This document shows, piece by piece, positions 24,445 through 34,400 of a stretch of 64,000 bases of DNA; positions within the stretch are counted from its first letter, which is position 1; each line of letters opens with the position of its first letter. The position numbers and the translations under genes are program-made. The stretch comes from a virus (Duplodnaviria; Caudoviricetes): positions 15,144-79,143 of IMG/VR virus record IMGVR_UViG_3300001525_000075; one strand, written 5' to 3'. Below the pieces are notes generated by a model. The model was not told the origin of the DNA. It saw nothing but the letters and a program-made list of their open reading frames with translations, and did not search any database.

Positions 24445-25350
24445 ATGTCTGATAGTAAAGTTTTTATGTTTCCTGAACAAAGTAGTAATTCAGGAATCAT
24501 GTCTATGTTAGCTCCGTTGTTATAGCAAAAAGGAGTTGATCCTAACGTGTTATTAGCTATGAGAAACAACTCAGGTTTTGGAGGTGAAGGTGGCTGGTTC
24601 ATGTGGGTAATTTTCTTATTCTTCCTTATGGGATGGGGAGGAAATGGTTGGAACGGATTGGGAAATAGAGGTACTGAAGGTTTAACAAATCAAATTAATA
24701 ATGATTATGGAAGAGACCTTTTATTACAGGCTATTAACGGAAATGCCACAGCTATATCTCAATTAGCTACTACTCTTAATTGTGATGTTAATGCTATTCA
24801 AGATGCAATTAATTCTGTAAATTCTAATGTAAGTAATGTAAGTAATCAAGTTGGATTATCTAGTCAACAAGTAATTAATGCAATCCAAAGTGGTAATCAA
24901 ACTATTGCTGCACAAATGGCACAATGTTGCTGTGATAATAAATTACTTGTTACTAATCAAGGATATGAGTCTAGAATAGCAACGTTAGAATAGACAAATC
25001 AATTAGGATCTAAAGTAGACGCAGGAACAAGTCAAATTACTAATGCTATTGCAAATTAGACTGCACTTATTAATGATAGATTTTGTGCATTAGAATTGCG
25101 TGATATGCAAGCTAAGATTGACGCTTTGCAAGAAGAAAAGAGTACTTTACAAAATCATATAAGTAATGCTAATCAAACTACTCAAATTCAATCTTATATC
25201 GCAAATGTAGTTAATCCTATTGCACAAGAAGTTAATGCTATTAAATCAGCATAGCCTGCTACAGTAACATTACCTTATAGTTGTGCAACTGCTGTCCCAA
25301 CAGCTTTAGCTTATCAACAAGGTTTAAGTACTTAGGGTTTATGGTATTAA
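24445..25350 (+). CDS. Conserved gut-phage protein with a Gly/Trp-rich hydrophobic segment and coiled coil, 301 aa (TAG=Gln)
   Basis: MSDSKVFMFPE...GGWFMWVIFLFFLMGWGGNGW...NDYGRDLLLQAINGN...AQCCCDNK; in frame through TAGs to TAA at 25348. Confidence 0.8.
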
Positions 25351-25364
25351 GAAAGGAGGTATCT

Positions 25365-25685
25365 ATGTTTATTAATAGATATTTAAGTAATACTTCAGGA
25401 ATTCCTAGATTTGAATCTAATTCTGTAAATGTCAATAGTTCAAATGTAGTATTTTCATTTACAGATGCTGGAACTTATTTTAATGATAATTTTTGTGGAC
25501 TAATTTTAATTAAGATTAGTCAAAGTATTCCATCGGATACTACAACTACTCTTCCTATTTTAATTAATACAATTCCTGTAACTACATATGGAAATGAATC
25601 AATAACAGTTTCTGAATTTAAAGGTACAGGAATATATTTAGGATATTATGACGGAAAGAGCAAATCTATTCAAATAATATTATAA
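25365..25685 (+). CDS. Hypothetical protein, 106 aa
   Basis: ATG preceded by GAAAGGAGGT. The track start at 25281 overlaps the previous gene and is unlikely. Confidence 0.7.
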   Translation: MFINRYLSNTSGIPRFESNSVNVNSSNVVFSFTDAGTYFNDNFCGLILIKISQSIPSDTTTTLPILINTIPVTTYGNESITVSEFKGTGIYLGYYDGKSKSIQIIL

Positions 25686-25686
25686 T

Positions 25687-26151
25687 ATGTTTTCAGCATT
25701 ACAACAAGGTGGAGTTTTGCATATATTAGAAAAATCTAATACTCCAACTTATAAAATAGGTTAGATTCAAAGTATTTCTTCTTAGAAATATACTTCTAAT
25801 TTTATGTTATCTACTATAGACATTACAGTCGAAGTTGATGATTAGAAGTTGGATTTTAAAAATATTCCGAGTTCACAATCTATAGCTTATTATAACGATG
25901 TAATTATCACAGAAACTAAAGAACAAATGCTTTCAGAAGTAGAAAATTTATTACAATCTTCTAAAAATATATTGGAAAGTATAGATAAACATAAAGTTAT
26001 AGTAGAATCTTGTGAAGAAATACTTAAATCTTTAAATCCGCAGTTTGCTAAAGAACATGAAAGAGATTAGAGATTAAATACTTTAGAATCTAAGTTTGAA
26101 ACTGTAGAATCTAAAATTGATTAGTTAATAACATTAGTAAATACAAAATAA
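25687..26151 (+). CDS. Hypothetical coiled-coil protein, 154 aa (TAG=Gln)
   Basis: MFSALQQGGVLHILEK...; contains track ORF 25849; TAA at 26149. Confidence 0.7.
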
Positions 26152-26152
26152 T

Positions 26153-26317
26153 ATGACTGTCATGGAACTCGATGATACTAAATATACCAAAGTACACAAA
26201 GCATTAAATTGTTTAAGTGAACAAATAGAATATTTAAAAGAACTTATGGATGATTCTATTGATTTTAGAGAACCTAAAAGATATAGAGAAGATTATCCTA
26301 GATACCGTTACTATTAA
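26153..26317 (+). CDS. Small hypothetical protein, 54 aa
   Basis: Exactly fills the gap between neighbours (TAATATG start, TAATG overlap); Y/R-rich C-terminus. Confidence 0.5.
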   Translation: MTVMELDDTKYTKVHKALNCLSEQIEYLKELMDDSIDFREPKRYREDYPRYRYY

Positions 26318-26694
26318 TGAGAAGTTTAGATATTTATGAAACTAAACCAAAAGATATGATAAGATATTTATCATATTATGGGTGGCATTTTAATAAGAAA
26401 ATGTGTCAATTTGCTTTGAAATAGTTACATAATAAAACTATAGACAAAGATAAAGTTGATACGTTATTATCTACATATAACATAGAATTAGAAAACAATT
26501 ATTCTTACGATTATGTGTATGTTGCTAATTTTGGTTTAGTATATTATTTAAAATCTAGTATTCCTGATGAAAAATGTTTAGCATAGTATATTAAAGATAC
26601 TATAGATAAACAAGATTCAGAACTAGTATTTACACAGTGGTATGCAAGTATGTGTAGACTTGGAATTCCCATTGATTGGGAAGATATGTTATAA
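26317..26694 (+). CDS. Conserved Bacteroidota phage hypothetical protein, 125 aa (TAG=Gln)
   Basis: YLSYYGWHFNKKMCQFA...YDYVYVAN...SSIPDE...GIPIDWEDML; missed by the track because of two TAGs. Confidence 0.7.
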
Positions 26695-27016
26695 TAATTG
26701 GACAATCTATATACTTTATAACTGTTCTATCGATTTAGTTAAACAGTATTTAAAGGAAATAGATTGTCCTTTTTCTATATTAGATAAAATAGAATCTACT
26801 AATAACTTAGGGTTTACTTATTCTAATTACTCTTTAAAGAATAGTATTATTTCTATTAAGTATACTAATCATATTTCCGATTTTATAAACACTTTATCTC
26901 ACGAATGTACTCATTTGGTATTTCATATAAATTAGTATATCTTTAAAGAAGATATTGCAACTCAAATTGGTGATTTATCTTAGATAATATTTGAATTATT
27001 TTCAACTAATAAATAA
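26642..27016 (+). CDS. Small HExxH (zincin-like) protein; start uncertain
   Basis: GFTYS...INTLSHECTHL motif; extends through TAGs to TAA at 27014. Confidence 0.55.
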
Positions 27017-27022
27017 ATTTTA

Positions 27023-27277
27023 ATGGAAACTATTTTAGGTAATAGTTACGAATCTGTCGGAAATGTAAATACAGATTTGTTATTAAAAACTAGAGGAAAT
27101 ATTAAAGTTCAAGTTGGTAATACTTTTAAAGACCTATTGGAAAATGAAGGAAATACATCTATTGTTAAAACTACAGATAGTGAACCTTCTTCAAGTTTAA
27201 GTTCAGGATTTTATTTATATGAAAATAAGTTATATTTAGTACACGGAGAAACCGTATTAAAATTTAATCCTGCGTAA
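27023..27277 (+). CDS. Hypothetical protein, 84 aa
   Basis: Track ORF with ATG and TAA; DLLLKTRGNIKVQVGNTFKDL. Confidence 0.7.
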   Translation: METILGNSYESVGNVNTDLLLKTRGNIKVQVGNTFKDLLENEGNTSIVKTTDSEPSSSLSSGFYLYENKLYLVHGETVLKFNPA

Positions 27278-27293
27278 ACAAAACTTTACAATT

Positions 27294-27323
27294 TTTGTTA
27301 ATTCAAAATTATTATTATTTTTG
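27294..27323 (+). promoter_or_regulatory. Putative Bacteroidota-type promoter for the scaffold/MCP operon
   Basis: TTTG-N18-TAttTTTG, with a perfect -7 element. Confidence 0.5.
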
Positions 27324-27346
27324 AAATTGATTATTAATTAAAAATA

Positions 27347-28384
27347 TTGAAAATGACAATAGGAATTGATGACATTGATGATTTTGAAGAACCGATTCAA
27401 GAACCTTATGCGGAACCTGAACCTAATGGTTTTGAAGAACCTACGGAATCTCCTGCTGAAGGTACGACTGAAGATGATATTATTAAATCACTTTTAAATG
27501 ATAGAGGTATCAAAGATCCTGATAAAATCACATTTGAAGATGAAGGAGTAGTAACTGAAAGATCTTGGAATGATTTGACTAATGATGAAAAACGTGCAAT
27601 TTTGAATCAAAGTCCTGATAAAGATCCTGAGGTTGATTTAGATGAACAAGAAATTCAGATGATTAATCAAATGCGTTTAAATGGTATGAATCCTGAGCAA
27701 TACGTAACAGCTTTGAGAAAGCAAGGTTATGATTATTATGTTAAAACTCAGAATGATACTACTCCAGATTATTCAACAGATGATTTATCTGATGATGAAC
27801 TTTATATGTTAGATATTCAATATAGAACTCCCGAGATGACAGAGCAAGAAGCTTATGATGCACTTGTAGCAGCTAAAGCCAACGAAACTCTATTCAATAA
27901 ACAGATGGTGGGTTTAAGAAATTATTATAGAGGTTTGGAAACTGATATGAAAGCTCAGAAAGATGCTGAAGTTAAAGAACAAGAACAACAGCAATTTCAA
28001 CAGTATTCAAATTCTATTATAAACGCTATACAAAATACAAGATCCATAGGTAATTTGGACATTGACCTCAATCAACAAGATAAAGAGGACATTGCGCAAT
28101 TTATTCTTGGACGAGATCAGGCTGGTATTAATTGGTTCGGTAAAGCCCTTGAAGATCCAGATACTGTAGTTAGAATGGCTTGGTTTGCACTTAAAGGTGA
28201 CGAAGCTTTTAATGATATTGAAAACTACATATCAGAACAGATTAAAACTGCTGCTCAAAATGCTTATAATAAGGGGTTAGCAGATGGAAAAAATAAAAGC
28301 AACGCATCAGTAGTGATAACAAATAATAATCCTACGATACGTAATTCTAGAGAAATAACTAGTGTAAACGATTTAGATTTTTAA
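27347..28384 (+). CDS. Acidic protein directly upstream of MCP (putative scaffold); start may be ATG 27353
   Basis: 345-aa TAG-free ORF with a very acidic N-terminus and helical Q/E-rich middle. Function inferred from position and composition. Confidence 0.6.
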   Translation: MKMTIGIDDIDDFEEPIQEPYAEPEPNGFEEPTESPAEGTTEDDIIKSLLNDRGIKDPDKITFEDEGVVTERSWNDLTNDEKRAILNQSPDKDPEVDLDEQEIQMINQMRLNGMNPEQYVTALRKQGYDYYVKTQNDTTPDYSTDDLSDDELYMLDIQYRTPEMTEQEAYDALVAAKANETLFNKQMVGLRNYYRGLETDMKAQKDAEVKEQEQQQFQQYSNSIINAIQNTRSIGNLDIDLNQQDKEDIAQFILGRDQAGINWFGKALEDPDTVVRMAWFALKGDEAFNDIENYISEQIKTAAQNAYNKGLADGKNKSNASVVITNNNPTIRNSREITSVNDLDF

Positions 28385-28402
28385 TTTTAAAGTTTATTTA
28401 TT

Positions 28403-31400
28403 ATGATTATAGCGAATTTTGTTAGCAATCGTCCCACAATGTCTGAGACGAGAACTTATGAGGACTTTTACAAATTTTTGGGTATGTGAGTGCCACTTTA
28501 TTTAGTAATAAATAATAGTAACTATGTGAAACGGAGAAACCCTCCATTACAAAGGGTAATTCCGTAGGAAACTTTGACATAAAGGACCTCTAACGAATAG
28601 AGATTTGCTTTTAAATAATCCGAATTCACGGAAATATGGAATTAAGGAAAAAATCAATATTGATAGCTTTAGTTATTGGTGACGGAACTATTAATTATCA
28701 AACTAAAGTTATTAAAGGAAAAACATATAAATACGCTAATTTAGAAGTCAATCATTCTTATAAACAATTAGAATATTGTAAATGGAAAGCTAATTTATGT
28801 AAATCTATTACTGGAAGGAAATGTTTAATACGCTACAAACACGTTCCTGAAAGAAAAATAAATAATCGGATAACTAAATCTACAGAAGCTTGTAGATTTA
28901 CTTGTTGTCACAGATATTTTAGAATTTTACGAAAGTGGCTTTATCCTAATAATAAGAAAAGATTAACTTCTAAATATTTAAAGTATTTAGATGAACAAGG
29001 TTTAGCAATTTGGTATATGGATGATGGTTCTTTATATGTAAGACCTGATAAATCCGCATTTAATTGTGAATTACATACTCATATTCCTAAAGAAGACGCA
29101 GAAGATTTAATTTTAATGTTTCAAAACAAATGGAATATTAAATTTAATTTACATCATGTTGGTGAAAATCAATATAATTTGAGATGTTGTTCTTATGCTG
29201 GTGTTAAATTTATAAAATTGATTTCTCCGTTTGTACCGCAATGTATGGATTACAAATTAAAAATTCCTGAAAGATTTCTCCACGAGTGCATAGTACCCTA
29301 ATTATAGGGTAATGATATATTCTAAACTAACAAGATGGCAAATTGTTAGAACTATAGGATAAAGAGCCTATAGGATAATATTATTGACTAAGCCCCATAA
29401 GTTGGGTGTAGTTTCACGTCTATACCCTGAGTTAACAGCTTCCTATCTTACTGAATCATTGAGAAATATCTTTTATCAAGACCGTAAGTCTAATAACAAG
29501 TATCAATCAATTGATTCTATGTATCATTTTTAAAATCGGTACATATTAAATTCTCTGAATTGCTGGAATGTCTTTTAGATAATCAGCAGCTAAAATAAAA
29601 TGTTCAACGACTAATCGAAAGATGTAATGTATAAAGTAATAAAAACTGTAAATGTAAAAACGGATGATTATTATCTTGGAATTATTTATTCTGAGAAAAA
29701 TTCGTTTGATGGACAACTTGGAAACGGAGTTAACATAAATGACCCTATGACTTATCAATTTAGTAAAACTAAATTTCAACAACAAGTTAAAGAGTGGGGT
29801 GTTAAATCCTTTAAAGTAGAAGTATTAAAAGAATATGATTCTTTAGAAGAAGCACAAGAATATTTAAATATAAAACTTACTCCTAAAGAAGTAGCTACTA
29901 AAGAGTGTTTAAATAATACTTATGCTGACAAGTTATATGAAGTATATGTATATGATAATACAGGTAAATTTGCTAATAGTAAAATATTAGTAGACGCTGA
30001 CACTGCATTTAATGGATTAAAACTTGATAAACAATATTTAAGTTTTTTATATGATGAAAAAGGATTCAGTAAAGCCAAGAAGATGCAGATTCAAAATAGA
30101 CCTGTATATAAGTATGATATAAATGGAAATTTTATTTGTTCATACGAAACTCAAGTACAAGCTGAAAAAGATAATAAATATAGTAATATTACTAAATCAA
30201 TTAAACTTAAACAAGCTTGTAGAAATGGATTTTATTGGACTCTTCAAAAACTACCTAAATTATATTGGAAGAATCGTAAATGGGTTCAAGTTTATGATTC
30301 TCATTATAAATATATTAGAGGTTATAAGTTTTTAAAAGAATGTCAAAGAGTAAAAGGATTTGAAGTTCGTGATGTAATGAATAAAAATATGTTATATGAT
30401 GGATGTTTTTACTTTTATAAATGAAGTAGAGAATACTGAAATGTAATGATATAGTCTAATCTTAATAGAAATATTAAGTATTAATGTTTGAGTGGGAAGT
30501 TGAAACGAATTACATCAAGCGTGTTGAACTCGCTGATACTCCCCAAGGAGATGGCTCAAACGGTTCTGAAATTGAGTTTGCGTTTAAGGAAAGATATTAT
30601 GAAAAGTATGATATTTTCAAGCATGACAAGACTATGCAACAATTTATGGTTGTAAGTCGTCCTATTCGTAAAGCAGACAATTACTGGGTAGTCACCTGTC
30701 GTTTAATTGATAGTGACTATTCTTCTAGCATTGATCTTAACGATTATTCTATTGGTGACACCACTAGATTCCAATCTAATGCAATGCCTGAATTACACGA
30801 GGAAGGTAAACTTAACATATTAAAAAGAATTTACATTGCTTTCCTCCGTTAAGTTATTAACTTAATGAATAATTAAAATAAAATTCTTAATTACTGGAAA
30901 GCCTATATTGGTAATCAGTAGCGAAATCTCAACTTTTACAAAAGTTCTGAGAAACGTTCAACGACTAGTCTAAAAGACGTAGGAGAAATGAACTCCGAAA
31001 TGGAATAAATCTAACTTAAATACAATGAAATATATATAGTATATCAAACAGTAAATAAAGTAAACAATAAAATTTATATAGGTGTCCACGGAACAACTAA
31101 TCCTAACGAATTCGACGGTTATATTGGAAATGGAGTTTTGATGGAGTAAATGAAGCGGGAAGATATTTGAATCCTAAAGCAATTGGTGCAGGACATTTAC
31201 CTAGAGCAATTAAAAAAGGTCACCAATTTTTAGGACATCAATTCTCATACGAAAAGCTTCCATCTATGAAGAAATTAAAACATAGAAACGTAACTACTGT
31301 CGATAAACCTTATATTGGAGGAAAAATTGGAAGATATAATGATAATGGAGAACTTTTAGAAATTCTTCCGAATATGACTGAATGTGTTAAAGCAGGATAC

Positions 31401-34400
31401 AAGAATGCTAAACAAGTAGCATTAGGAAAACGACAACATTGTAAAGGATTTGTATTTAAGTATTTAGATTAAGATATAGTCTGAACAATATTGAAAAGTA
31501 TTGAATAACATAATTGTATGTAAAATATCAAAGTAATATTGAGCGTCATCGCAATTATATTACTACTCACCGCGTAAATAGAGTAGTAATATTAGAATAA
31601 TTATCGACTGCGCAAGATTATTAATAAAACAGATTAATCTGAAATAGTAATAATCAATATCTTCTAAATTGCTGGAAAGTTCTTACTAATCAGCAGCCAA
31701 AAAATAAAAGGTTCAACGATTATCCAAATGGAGTAAAATTATGAAAAGGAAGATATATAATATAAATATTAAATGAAATATATAGTATATTTAACAACTA
31801 ATACACTTAACAACAAAATTTACATAGGAGTACATAAAACTGAAAATCCTGATGTGTTTGACGGATATATCGGATGTGGAGTTAATATGTGTTATCCAAG
31901 TAGTTACACAGATCCTAAAACTCCATTTCAGCACGCTGTTAAAAAATATGGAATTAAGAGTTTTAAGCGATATGTTTTACAAATTTTTGACTCTGAAGAA
32001 GAAGCTTATAATTTGGAATCAATTTTAGTAAATAAATCTTTTATCGCAAGAAATGATACATATAACATATCATTAGGAGGAAATAAAGGAAATTATTTAT
32101 TTCCTATAAACCAATTTAATAAAGATGGAAATTTTATCAAATCTTGGGATAACATGCTTGTTGCATCTGAAGCTTTGGGCGTATCACATACTAGTATTAA
32201 TAATGCTAAATTGTTTAAAGTAAGTTGTTTAGGTTATTTTTGGTCTACAGATTCATTTATTAATATAAAAGAATATAGTTATCATGTTGGAAAAAATGTT
32301 TATAAATATACTAAAAATGGCGAGTTAATAGATTCTTACGAATCACTGACTAATGCTGCTAAAAGTAATAATAGTTTAGAAAAAACTATATTTAGGTCGA
32401 TTCAATCAAATATTCAAGTTCAAGGATTTTATTATTCATTTACACTTGTAGATAAATTTATTCCTAAAAAATTACCTAGTTTAAAAGGTAAAATTGTATA
32501 TATTTACGATTTAAACGGAAATTATCTAACAAAAAAAGAAAGTGGATCTGAATTAAAAAAATATTATAATGTAAAATCTTACGGTTGTTTAAGGCAAGCC
32601 CTTATTACTGGGAAACCTTATAAAAACACACAAGTTTCTTTAGAATTTAAAGATAAGTTAAATCCTGTAGAATCTTCAACTAATAAAGCAAAACGCATAG
32701 GTGTTTATGATTTAAATGGAAATTTAATAGAAGAATTTGAATCTATAAAATCTGCTTCTAGAAAATACGGGAGTTGTGTGTTTAGAGTACTCAATCATCG
32801 ACAAAAACAATCTAAAAATTTAATATTTAAATATTTATAATTATATAAAGATATAGTCTATTTTGAGACGATAGTTATTCAGCCCTCTACGCTGCTCATG
32901 AGAACCAATTTATCAGTATTGCCGAAGGTAAAGACCAAGGTTCTCTTACTGAAACCATCTATAAAATGCAAAAGAAGGAAAAGACTCTTCTCGACAATTT
33001 CCTTTATGTGCGTAATAATGGCTTATTATTTAATAAGTGTAATGTTGATGTGAACGGTTAGTGTTTAGCCGCATAATAAATAATTTATTATGAAAACCTT
33101 TTGAATTGCTGGGAAGCCTGTGATGGTAATCAGCAGCTACTTTAAAGAAATAGAGTAGTTCAACGACTAGAAACTATTAGGTAATTTAATGAATAAATAG
33201 ATTCATATATTATAATTTAATAATCAAATAGGATTATATGGAATTAACAGAAGAACAAAAAAGCTTATTGCTAGCGTTGTGTATAGGAGACGGTTGTTTA
33301 CGAAAACCTCATCCTAAATCAGGAAATGTTCAACTAGAAATTGCTCATTCTACAAAACAAGAAGAATACTGTAAATGGAAACGTGATTTAGTTTATAGTA
33401 TTTTTGGAGGAAAAAGAATTCCTAAAATAGGATATAAAACAATAAAATTAAAAAATAGAGATAAGGAATATAAAGCATGTAGGTTTACTAAATCTCATCC
33501 TTATTTCTTATACTTAAGACATTTGTTATATCCTAACAATGTGAAAGTTATGACTAGAGAAATATTAGATAAGTTGACATTACAAGGTTTAGCAATTTGG
33601 TACATGGACGATGGTTCTTTTTACAAAAAAGATAACGAAGATGGAACTAAATCTATATGCTTTGATTTAAGAATTTCAACTGATTCTTTTTCTTATGAAG
33701 AAAACGTATTAATATGTGATTTCTTTAAAGAAAAATATGGTATAAATTTTTATCCATATAAAACACATAAAGAAAAAGAACATAGTTGGGTTTTAAGAGC
33801 TAATAAACAAGCTGCTATAAAGTTTATAAATTTAATTAAACCTTATGTTATTCCTTCAATGAAATACAAAATAGAATATAAAAGTTAATAGTTTCCAAGA
33901 GTAAAAGGCAACTTTAAAATTAAAGTTGAAGATATAGTCTAAACTTATACGAAATTAGAAGTATAAGAATTACAGGATAAAGAGCCTGTAAGATAATATA
34001 ATTGAAGCCCACAATCAGCGATCCTGATACAGGTAGACCTAAACATTGAGTATAGTAACTTAATAAATGGGTCGAATAGATGTAAATCTATTTATAAATA
34101 ATTTTCTTTAATTGCTGGAAACTCTTATTTAAGATAATCAGCAGCTAATTTTTACATATAGTAAGCATTAATAATGTAACTGTAAAAAAGTTCAACGACT
34201 AGGTTTTAACCGTACATCTATAAGATGGAAATAGGAAATAACTTAAAGTAAAAGTATAAAACTTATGAAGTATGTAGTATACTTAACTACAAACAAAATA
34301 AATAATAAAACTTGTGCAGGTTTTAAATGGAGTTATGAAAAATCAAAAATGATTTTGCCTTACAAAAAATCTAATATAAAACCTGTAAAAATAGCGCAAT

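Noticed and set aside
30484-30852. Track ORFs 30484 and 34719 as standalone genes
   Set aside because: They are MCP exons 3 and 7; the ATG at 30484 includes the intron's terminal G.
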